Shown here: piece after piece, positions 46,888-55,502 of the stretch | How positions within the stretch are numbered: the stretch's first letter is position 1 | Layout of the letters: every line of letters begins with the position of its first letter | Source of the DNA: Archangium sp. | Lineage (GTDB): Bacteria; Myxococcota; Myxococcia; Myxococcales; Myxococcaceae | DNA: 64,000 nucleotides | Reading direction: 5' to 3' | NCBI GenBank assembly: GCA_046595925.1 | Contig: JBKJSE010000164.1 | Location: 15,260-79,259 of the forward strand | Notes under the pieces: generated by a model | Databases searched by the model: none | The model's input: the letters and a program-made list of their open reading frames with translations, nothing else | What the model was told of the DNA's origin: nothing | Translations under genes and position numbers: made by a program

Positions 46888-48252
46888 ATGTCCGAGCACC
46901 TCGCTGATCCCTACGACGTGACGAGCGAAGCATCATCATCGCCGGACGCACGAACTGCGTCGCTGCCCAGCGGCACCCTCATCGGTGCATGGGTGATCGA
47001 AGCGGAGATCGGTGCCGGCTCGATGGGCAAGGTCTACCGCGCGCGGCACCAACGCCTCGGCCGCCAGGTCGCCCTCAAGGTGCTGCGCGACGAGCTGCTG
47101 GGCAGCGCCGACCTGGTCGAGCGCTTTTTGCAGGAAGGGCGCGCGGTCAATCAAATCAACCACGAGCACATCGTCGAGGTGCACGACTACCTCGAAGACC
47201 GCGATCCACGGCGGGTCTACTGCGTCATGGAATACCTGCAGGGCCAGAGCCTGGCTCAACGCCTCGCGCAGCGCGCCTCGTCGATCGAGAGCATCCGTTC
47301 GATGGCCCGGCAGATGGCCTCAGCGCTGGGGGCCTCGCATGCCGCGGGCGTAGTGCATCGCGATCTCAAGCCCGACAACATCTTCCTGGTCAGCCGCGGG
47401 GACCGCGACGACTGGGTCAAGGTGCTCGACTTCGGCGTGGCCAAGTGTGTCGAGCCGCTGAACGGAATGCCGCTGGTGCAGACGGTTCAGGGCGCGGTCA
47501 TGGGCACGCCGCGGTACATGGCGCCAGAGCAGGTGTCGGGCCTCGACGTCGACGCGCGCACCGACATCTATGCGTTGGGCAACATCCTCTACGAGCTGAT
47601 CGCCGGGCAACCTCCGTTCGATGGCGCGTCGTTTGGTCAGCTCGCGGCGGCGATCATCAAGGATCCGCTGCCTCCGCTTCCGACGCACACCGCCAGCCAG
47701 GAAGCGGTGCCTGCCGATCTGGCTGCGCTCATCGCGGCGTGCCTCGCAAAGAGTCCGGAAGATCGGCCCGGGAGCATGGCCGTGGTCGAGGCCGCGCTCG
47801 CTGCCCGGTCGCCTCTGCTTCTGCTGACGCCGGTTCGTCGTGGGCCGCGCGCCCGGGGCATGGGCCTGCTCGCTGCCGCGCTCGCGCTGACCCTGGCGTT
47901 CGTGGTCCGGCCTGAGCCCGCCACGGCCGTGGTGGTGCGGCACGACACCGTCGAGACGCCGCCCGTTGCCCGCCCGGAAGAAGTCACGTTGTGGATCGAG
48001 ACGCAGCCTGCCGGTGCGCGCGTCTCACTCGGCGATTCAGGCGAGCAGCTCGGCACCACGCCGCTCGAGGTGAAGCTGGTGCGCGCTCCGTCGACGATGC
48101 CGCTGCGCATCGAGCTCGATGGCTACGCACCGCTCGAGCGACAGGTATCGAAGGAAAGCAGTCAACGGCTCAAGCTCAATCTGCAGGCACTGCGAAAGAC
48201 GGCGACGCGGACTTCAGGGGGACTGCTCAGTGGCGTGCGCGACCCCTACTAG
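46888..48252 (+). CDS. Ser/Thr protein kinase with a TM helix and an extracytoplasmic PEGA domain
   Basis: GAGSMGKVYRA, ALK, HRDLKPDNIF, DFGVAK, GTPRYMAPEQ. C-terminal LWIETQPAGARVSLGD..LGTTPLEV. AGAGAGG Shine-Dalgarno upstream. Confidence 0.9.
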   Translation: MSEHLADPYDVTSEASSSPDARTASLPSGTLIGAWVIEAEIGAGSMGKVYRARHQRLGRQVALKVLRDELLGSADLVERFLQEGRAVNQINHEHIVEVHDYLEDRDPRRVYCVMEYLQGQSLAQRLAQRASSIESIRSMARQMASALGASHAAGVVHRDLKPDNIFLVSRGDRDDWVKVLDFGVAKCVEPLNGMPLVQTVQGAVMGTPRYMAPEQVSGLDVDARTDIYALGNILYELIAGQPPFDGASFGQLAAAIIKDPLPPLPTHTASQEAVPADLAALIAACLAKSPEDRPGSMAVVEAALAARSPLLLLTPVRRGPRARGMGLLAAALALTLAFVVRPEPATAVVVRHDTVETPPVARPEEVTLWIETQPAGARVSLGDSGEQLGTTPLEVKLVRAPSTMPLRIELDGYAPLERQVSKESSQRLKLNLQALRKTATRTSGGLLSGVRDPY

Positions 48253-48772
48253 CGCGGTGCTCGGGCTGTGCGCGGCCCTGGTCGTCAGCGCGAACGCGCA
48301 CGCCGCGGGTCCGGAGTACGACGCGAAGCTCGCCGCGAGCGAAGGGCGAAAGGCGTTCGAGGCGGGCGACTACGCGACGGCGATCAGGAAGTACGAAGAG
48401 GCGCGACAGCTCAAGCCGGCGCCGCTGCTCCTCTTCAACCTCGCGCAGAGTCACCGCTTCGCAGGTCACGTCGAGCTGGCCACCCGCTACTTTCGCGGCT
48501 ACCTCACCACGAGCCCGCCGCCGGTGCAGGCCCGCGCGATCGAAGCGTTGATCGAACGGCTGCAGGCGCAACGCTTGCTGGAAGTCTTCAACGAACGCAT
48601 GGCGCTCGAGCAGACCCGGCTGGCGCTGGCCCAGAAGCAGTTCGCCCTGGGGCTGTGTGCTGAGCTTCCCCCCGAGCCGCCGGTGACGAGCCGCTGGTGG
48701 TTCTGGACAATCATCGGCGCCGCCGCCGTGGGAACCGCGGTCACCGTGGCCGTCGCCGCCGCTCACCCTTGA
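48230..48772 (+). CDS. secreted TPR-like protein with a C-terminal TM anchor (~180 aa)
   Basis: Signal-like AVLGLCAALVVSANAHA. TPR-like FEAGDYATAIRKYEEARQL..LLFNLAQSH. C-terminal WWFWTIIGAAAVGTAVTVAVA. The start is uncertain: GTG at 48230 or GTG at 48257. Confidence 0.55.
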   Translation: MACATPTSAVLGLCAALVVSANAHAAGPEYDAKLAASEGRKAFEAGDYATAIRKYEEARQLKPAPLLLFNLAQSHRFAGHVELATRYFRGYLTTSPPPVQARAIEALIERLQAQRLLEVFNERMALEQTRLALAQKQFALGLCAELPPEPPVTSRWWFWTIIGAAAVGTAVTVAVAAAHP

Positions 48773-48793
48773 GCCAGAGAGGTGTGCTGAGCT

Positions 48794-48816
48794 CCCTCTC
48801 CCCGAGGGGGAGAGGG
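48794..48816 (+). terminator. perfect 10-bp GC hairpin CCCTCTCCCC-gag-GGGGAGAGGG, with a third GGGGAGAGGG copy at 48819-48828
   Basis: Read directly. It lies 22 nt after the stop of the preceding gene. There is no T-tract, so its role as a terminator is uncertain. Confidence 0.4.
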
Positions 48817-48836
48817 TCGGGGAGAGGGCAGGCGCC

Positions 48837-49973
48837 GTGAGGCTGAAGATCAAATCGACCGAGTCGATGCCAGCCGCCCTGGCACTCGCCCGCCTGCTGA
48901 AGCTCACCCCCAGAGAAGCGCTCACGCTGCTCTCCGAACCCAGAATCCTCCCAGCCGAGTTGGACGCCTCAGCCGCCGAAGCGCTCCGTCACCACGGAGT
49001 CGACGCCACGCCCATCTCCGTCCCCCTCACCTCGAGCCGCTGCGCCACACACCCTGCGCTCACCGGCGAAGCACCCTGCGAAGACTGCCGAACGCTGGTC
49101 TGCCCGCTGTGTCTCCCCTGCTGCCGCGCTTGCAGCGCCCGCAGAGCGACCGCCACGCGCTGGAAGCGAATCCGAGTCGCAGTGCTGCTGACGGTCCTGG
49201 TGAGCCTCGGAACGTGGGGAGCGCTCCGCCAGCGCAGGCTCGATCAACGCAACGCCTGGCTCCGACCGCTCCGGGTCTCGGTCGTGCTCGCGAGCGCTGA
49301 GCCCATCGACACCGGGGTGACCACCGCGTGGACCGAAGGGCTCGCTTCACTCGACGGCTGGTTCTCGACGGAAGCCGAGAGACTCGGTCTGCCGCTCATC
49401 GACCCAATCCACTTCGAGCTCGCGCCCGCGACGGTGCTGACGGAAGTCCCCTCGCCACCGGGTGAAACTTCCGGCGAGTGGATCCGCGATTCACAAGACG
49501 CGATCGCGCTCCGCTCGAAGCTCGAGGGCATCGCAGCGCAGGGAAGAGCTGCGGGAAACTTCGACGTGCAGTTGCTCGTCGCGCTGCGGCCCGCGAACGG
49601 AGACGCGCATCAAGTCGAAGGTCTCGGCGAGGCTGGCGGCACCATCGGGCTCGTCGAAGGCACCGCCGGCGACACGGCGCTCACGTTGGAGCTGGTCGCC
49701 GTCGCCCACGAACTTCTGCACTGCCTCGGCGCGCGCGACGGCTACGACGCGCAGGGGCACGCACTGCCGCGGGGCATGACCGAGCCGGGCTTCGCAGAGG
49801 TGATGGTGGGCGAAGTGCCTCTGGGCCCGAACCAGGGCCGCATTCCCAAAACGCTGAGCGAAGTGCGGGTCGGCGAAGAGACGGCTCGAGAGATTGGCTG
49901 GGCGGTTGGCTCCACTCTCAGTCCAGGTCGCGTTGCCCCAGCGCCTTCCCTGCTTCGAGGAACTCGTCACTGA
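48837..49973 (+). CDS. membrane protein with a Cys-rich zinc-ribbon-like segment and an extracytoplasmic HExxH domain (378 aa)
   Basis: GTG start. [33 protein letters not shown] helix [19 protein letters not shown], and the metallopeptidase-like [12 protein letters not shown]. Confidence 0.7.
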   Translation: MRLKIKSTESMPAALALARLLKLTPREALTLLSEPRILPAELDASAAEALRHHGVDATPISVPLTSSRCATHPALTGEAPCEDCRTLVCPLCLPCCRACSARRATATRWKRIRVAVLLTVLVSLGTWGALRQRRLDQRNAWLRPLRVSVVLASAEPIDTGVTTAWTEGLASLDGWFSTEAERLGLPLIDPIHFELAPATVLTEVPSPPGETSGEWIRDSQDAIALRSKLEGIAAQGRAAGNFDVQLLVALRPANGDAHQVEGLGEAGGTIGLVEGTAGDTALTLELVAVAHELLHCLGARDGYDAQGHALPRGMTEPGFAEVMVGEVPLGPNQGRIPKTLSEVRVGEETAREIGWAVGSTLSPGRVAPAPSLLRGTRH

Positions 49974-50498
49974 GCGCCGTACCGGCCACTGCGCGCGAAA
50001 GCGTCAACGCGCCCACCATCAACGCCAACGTCGCCACGGCTCGTTGCCGGTTCGCGGCGCCCTTGCCCCCGAGCACCCGCTCGAGGCCGTGCACGAAACC
50101 CTGGAGCTTCTTCTCGAGCGCGCCGCGATACGGCTCTCCTTCGCGCGCGACCTCGGCCGCGGCGCTGGGAAGAATGCAGCCCTCATCGGGCCGATCTCGG
50201 TGCGTGCGCGAGAGGTAGCGGCCGAGCACGCCCTTCATGCGCTCGCGGGCGGTCTGACCGGTCGCAGCGTCGAGCATGCGGCTCCACAAGGAACCGTGCT
50301 GGCTCTGCAGCGCCTCGGTGAAGAGGTGCACCTTCGATTCGAAGTGTCCGTAGAAGCCGCCGACCGTGAGCCCAGCGCCGTCCATCACGTCGCTGACGGA
50401 GCTCGCGCGAATTCCCTGTTTCCGCAGCAGCGACAGGGCCGATTGCAGGATCGCTTCGTGCGTCTGCTCCTTGCGCTCGGCCTTGGTCGCTGCGGGTT

Positions 50499-50502
<4 letters not shown>
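49918..50502 (-). CDS. TetR-family transcriptional regulator
   Basis: [43 protein letters not shown]. The GTG start overlaps the thiolase stop (GTGA). Confidence 0.85.
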
Positions 50503-51737
<1,235 letters not shown>

Positions 51738-51755
51738 CGGCGTTCTCCAGGTTGA

Positions 51756-51781
51756 TTACAGGCATCATATGATGTCCGTAA
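51756..51781. promoter_or_regulatory. 26-bp imperfect palindrome TTACAGGCATCAT|ATGATGTCCGTAA, candidate TetR operator
   Basis: 11 of 13 positions are symmetric. AT-rich. It lies 19 nt upstream of the thiolase ATG, and the thiolase is co-transcribed with a TetR gene. Confidence 0.5.
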
Positions 51782-51821
51782 TCTCACAGGTCAAGCACGC
51801 CGGGCGGCCAGCTAAGTCGCG

Positions 51822-52005
51822 CTTTGTAAACTTAATCCCTGAGGGTCACCCCTTCTCTGGGAAAGGCGGCCGGTTTGTTGGCGTGGCTCTGGCTTGCAAA
51901 TGAGCAGGCGTCGCGGCGCGTGAGAAGCGTGCAGGCGCTCAGCGTGGCGTTGAGCAGGTCCACTCCCCGGAGAGGAGCTCCGGCTCAGGGACAAAGTTTA
52001 CAAAG
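51822..52005. repeat. 184-bp element bounded by 22-nt imperfect inverted repeats (MITE-like or looped operator pair)
   Basis: Left end CTTTGTAAACTTAATCCCTGAG (51822-51843). The reverse complement of the right end (51984-52005) is CTTTGTAAACTTTGTCCCTGAG. 20 of 22 positions are identical. Confidence 0.4.
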
Positions 52006-52135
52006 TGAAGGTTGGCTCGTGCATCCGCTGACCTCGGTGGACTCGTGGTGCTCCGGCGCGAGGGGGCACGCCGGGTTCAGGCACAGGGGCGGCTTCAGAA
52101 AAACCACCTCCATTCTTGCCCTCGGCTGCGGACCG

Positions 52136-53014
52136 TCAGCCGCGGTGCTTGCGGCCCAGGAGGTCGAACTCGTAGGTCAACCCGAGCAGCGCACGCACGC
52201 GGTAGATTTCCCCGAGGTCGCGCGTGAGCCCGAAGCCGAGCGCCACTTCGAGCACGAGGTTGGGCACCACCTCGAACCGCGCCGAGGGCAGCAGCTCGAT
52301 CTGGTGCGCATTGTTCGTCCACGCCGGCGTGATGGCCTGCGCGAAGTACGAGCGGCCGATCAGCTCGACACCCAGCAGCACCACCTGGCCCAGGTTCAAC
52401 GTGGCCGCGAGGTTGTACCCGATGGCGTCGGGCACATCGAACGCGCCCCCGCCCGGGCGTTGCCGCACGCCGTGAAAGAGATAGCCACCGTTCGCCATCA
52501 GTCGGAAGTCGGGCGTGAAACGGAACTCGGCGATCAGCGTGCCTTCGGCGTCCCACGTGCCGTCCGAGAACGAAGGCGGAATGCGATCCTGCAGCGACAA
52601 CGCGAGGCGCTCGAACGAGCTCGCTCCGGCAGGAATCGTCAGGCGGCCCCACACACCGAGCGCGAAGTGTTGCGTGCTGATGAACGTGTACTGAAGCCCG
52701 ATCGGCACGTCGCCCACGTACGCGCTGAAGGTGCCGAAGCCGCGATCGCTCAGCAGCATGAGGTCCAGGTAGAGGTTGAGCTCGAGCTTGTCGACGATGC
52801 CGAACCGCACGCCCGGCGAGAGCGAGGCGAAGCTCAACGAGTTGAGACTGTCGCCCACGAAGAAGCCCTGAAAGCGCAGCCCGAACTCGAGGTGCTGGGG
52901 GTCGGTGGTGACTGCCGTGCGCGTGGTCATCGCGCGAAAGGGCCGCGCCTCGGCCCGGGGGAGCAACGTGAGAGAACCTGCCAACAGCAACAACGAGAGC
53001 TTCATGGGGCTCAT
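52136..53014 (-). CDS. outer-membrane beta-barrel protein (putative, 292 aa)
   Basis: ATG at 53014 and signal peptide MSPMKLSLLLLAGSLTLLPRAEA. Alternating amphipathic strands, with ...LLGLTYEF near the C-terminus. Confidence 0.7.
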   Translation of the reverse strand: MSPMKLSLLLLAGSLTLLPRAEARPFRAMTTRTAVTTDPQHLEFGLRFQGFFVGDSLNSLSFASLSPGVRFGIVDKLELNLYLDLMLLSDRGFGTFSAYVGDVPIGLQYTFISTQHFALGVWGRLTIPAGASSFERLALSLQDRIPPSFSDGTWDAEGTLIAEFRFTPDFRLMANGGYLFHGVRQRPGGGAFDVPDAIGYNLAATLNLGQVVLLGVELIGRSYFAQAITPAWTNNAHQIELLPSARFEVVPNLVLEVALGFGLTRDLGEIYRVRALLGLTYEFDLLGRKHRG

Positions 53015-53280
53015 GAGTCGATTCCAGATCTTGAAATGAGGATGACGGTGAATTGCGAAGAGGCCGACGGCCGATTCACAAATGCTCCACCGCGTCATCC
53101 CGGCGGACGTCTTCACTAGCACGTTTTCCTCGCTGCGTGTTGGGGCGCTCCCAGGTCCGCTGCCCGAGACGGGGAACGCGGCGCTGGTGCCCTGAGCTGC
53201 AGCCATTTTCTCGAGCTCAGCGTGCGAGGTGCAGGAGGTGGAAGGCGAGAAAGACCATCGGAGGGTTATGCTGATCGACG

Positions 53281-53823
53281 ATGCCACTGTCGACGTTCAC
53301 CTTCGCGCAAGCCGCTCACCAGCCGAGGCACTGGTCTGCCTGCTGGGCAAAGCTGGGCCGATTGGCCGGGGGAGAGCCTCGAGTGACCGACTGGCTCATC
53401 GCGCAGGCGAATGGGCGCGGCTTTCATGGGGCTTTCGTGACAATCGAGGCGTCGATCGACCACGCCCTCTGCCTCGAGGATCTCGTGGTGGGGTTGCTGA
53501 TGCCGCACGCAGAGCTGGATGCCCGCATCATCAAGTTGGTGGTGCGGATTCTCCAGTCGGGCCAGGTCGACGCTCCGAAGCTGGCGTTCCGCGCGAGGAG
53601 AGAGCGTGCAGACCTCGCGCTGGCCTGGGTCCTGGACCTCGTGCCCGAGTCAGAGAGAAACGCAGCGACACGGCTGATCGCTGCTTCCTTGCGGCCCCCG
53701 CGTGGCGCCACACCCGTTCGCTTCAACTATGACACCGGTCGGCTGATTCGCAGGCCCGCCACGAAGGGGCAGCTGTGGCGCGCGAAGCAGAGTAGATCCT
53801 CGAGACGCTCGATCGCCACCTGA
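53281..53823 (+). CDS. hypothetical protein, upstream partner of the nucleotidyltransferase-like gene
   Basis: Reasonable GC3 from about 53380 onward. The start is uncertain and no motif was recognised. Local GC looks lower than in the flanks. Confidence 0.4.
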   Translation: MPLSTFTFAQAAHQPRHWSACWAKLGRLAGGEPRVTDWLIAQANGRGFHGAFVTIEASIDHALCLEDLVVGLLMPHAELDARIIKLVVRILQSGQVDAPKLAFRARRERADLALAWVLDLVPESERNAATRLIAASLRPPRGATPVRFNYDTGRLIRRPATKGQLWRAKQSRSSRRSIAT

Positions 53824-53861
53824 AGGGGCCGGGCACGATCCGGCTCCTGGGAGGCGCCGCG

Positions 53862-54317
53862 TTGACAGTGGGGTATGGGCTCACGCGGGCGACGGAAGAC
53901 GTAGACCTCCTTCAAGATGACGTCGAGGTCCAGGCGCTCATCGACTCAGCCGACTTCGGAGTGGCACTCGAGGCGGCCAACGATGAACTCGAGCCACGCG
54001 GACTCTATCTCACGCATATCTGGAGGCCCGAACAACTCATCCTCGCGAACGGTTGGAGAGCCCGGTGTCGCGCCATCGCCTTGCCTTCGCTGAAAAAGTT
54101 GAGCCTCGAGGCGCTCGGCCCCGCTGACCTCATCGTCAGCAAGCTTGCCCGCGCCGACGACGGAGATCTCCGCGACATGGAGTACCTGCTCACGACGCAC
54201 GTGAGCGTCGCCGAACTCGAGCGGCTGCTCCCCACCGTGCAGGTCCCCTCAGTCTTCTCCGAGTCGTGGCCGCGCGCCCAGGCCGCGCTTTCTGGGCTCC
54301 TCGCCCGGCTGCGCTGA
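53862..54317 (+). CDS. minimal nucleotidyltransferase-fold (DUF6036-like) protein, apparently N-terminally truncated
   Basis: Homology-like sequence ILETLDRHLKGPGTIRLLGGAALTVGYGLTRATEDVDLL begins right after an in-frame TAG (53793-53795). The first usual start downstream is TTG 53862, which removes the GG of the hG[GS]-x(9-14)-DhD NTase motif. Confidence 0.5.
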   Translation: MTVGYGLTRATEDVDLLQDDVEVQALIDSADFGVALEAANDELEPRGLYLTHIWRPEQLILANGWRARCRAIALPSLKKLSLEALGPADLIVSKLARADDGDLRDMEYLLTTHVSVAELERLLPTVQVPSVFSESWPRAQAALSGLLARLR

Positions 54318-54387
54318 ACGCGATCAACTCCCCTGCACTTCCAACACGCGGCGAGGTCCACTTCGACTTCTCAACGGCCCCGCTGCA

Positions 54388-55419
54388 TCAGCGCCTTCGC
54401 AGGGCGCGGTGCGACGGCGCGACGCCTTCCCAGCGCTTGAAGGCGCGGCGAAAGTTCGCGGGATCCGAGTAGCCCAGCGTGTAGGCGATCTGCTCGAGCG
54501 TGAATCGGCCCGACTTCACGTGCTCCATCGCCAGCGAGTGGCGGACGTCCTCGAGCAGCTGCCGAAACGAGGTCCCCTCCTCGACGAGGCGGCGATGGAG
54601 CGTGCGCTGGGTCAGGTGCAGTTGCCGCGCGGCCACCTCGAGCGAAGGGAACCCGTTCTGCGACTCGAGGAGCAGTCTTCGCACACGCGCAGCGAGCGAC
54701 TCGTCAGAGGTGAGCTTGTCGAGTTCGCGTTGACAGATCAGCGCGGCCTGCCGAAACGCCTCGGGATCGGCCGTCTTCAGCGGCACGTCGATCACGCCCG
54801 CGGGCACGGCGAAGCCGGACCACGTGCGGCCGTACCTCACGTCACAACGAAAGAGCGCGCGAGCGAGCAGCGCGTACCCCGGGGGCTCGAAGGTGAACGC
54901 GACCTCGCTGATGGCGCAGGCCCCGGAAGAGATCGAATCGAGCACGTTCTTGATGCTCAGCACCACCGCCTCGAGCAGCGGCCTTTCGAGCTCGCCGAGC
55001 GGTCGCGTCGGGCGGAACTGCACCCGCACGTGGCGCCCGACGAGCACGTGAGAGACGGCGATGAGTGAGGTGCGCAAGCCGGTGAAGCGCTCGAGCACCT
55101 CGAGGGCCTGCCGAATCGTGCCGCTGCTGGTCGCCGCATAGCCGAGAATTCCGTGCGAGCTGGCCAGCAGCCGCTCGCCCACGAACAGCCCCAGCGCGGG
55201 CTCGTTCGTCACGACGACGGCCTCGCGCACCAGCCGCTCGAACGTCGAATAGGCGAGCACGAACCCGGGCTCGTCGAGGCTGGTGGCCTCGAGCCCGCAG
55301 CGCGCGAGCCAGACGCGGGTGTCTGCGCCGAGGCCCCGCACCTGGTCGGCGAGGTGGCGCACGTAGTGAATGGGCAGGAGCAACGCCTCTCGTTCTTTGC
55401 TGAGGCGCGCGGAGCCCAT
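54388..55419 (-). CDS. AraC-family transcriptional regulator
   Basis: C-terminal double HTH LEVAARQLHLTQRTLHRRL...LEQIAYTLGYSDPANFRRAFKRWEG. ATG at 55419. Confidence 0.85.
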   Translation of the reverse strand: MGSARLSKEREALLLPIHYVRHLADQVRGLGADTRVWLARCGLEATSLDEPGFVLAYSTFERLVREAVVVTNEPALGLFVGERLLASSHGILGYAATSSGTIRQALEVLERFTGLRTSLIAVSHVLVGRHVRVQFRPTRPLGELERPLLEAVVLSIKNVLDSISSGACAISEVAFTFEPPGYALLARALFRCDVRYGRTWSGFAVPAGVIDVPLKTADPEAFRQAALICQRELDKLTSDESLAARVRRLLLESQNGFPSLEVAARQLHLTQRTLHRRLVEEGTSFRQLLEDVRHSLAMEHVKSGRFTLEQIAYTLGYSDPANFRRAFKRWEGVAPSHRALRRR

Positions 55420-55426
55420 GGAGCGC

Positions 55427-55454
55427 TTGTCAATAAATGACCTGCGATTGTCAA
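55427..55454. promoter_or_regulatory. direct repeats TTGTCAA-N14-TTGTCAA (21-nt register), candidate AraC-type binding site
   Basis: Copies at 55427-55433 and 55448-55454, in the 83-bp divergent region between the AraC gene and the AlkB fusion gene. Confidence 0.45.
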
Positions 55455-55502
55455 CCACGGACCTCCCGCGCTCACCCACGCCAGTCCTACCTTGGCAGGA
55501 AC

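Noticed and set aside
51875-53119. 414-aa + strand ORF
   Set aside because: It is antisense to the OMP gene and extends through the MITE-like intergenic region. Composition is Arg/Glu/His-rich.
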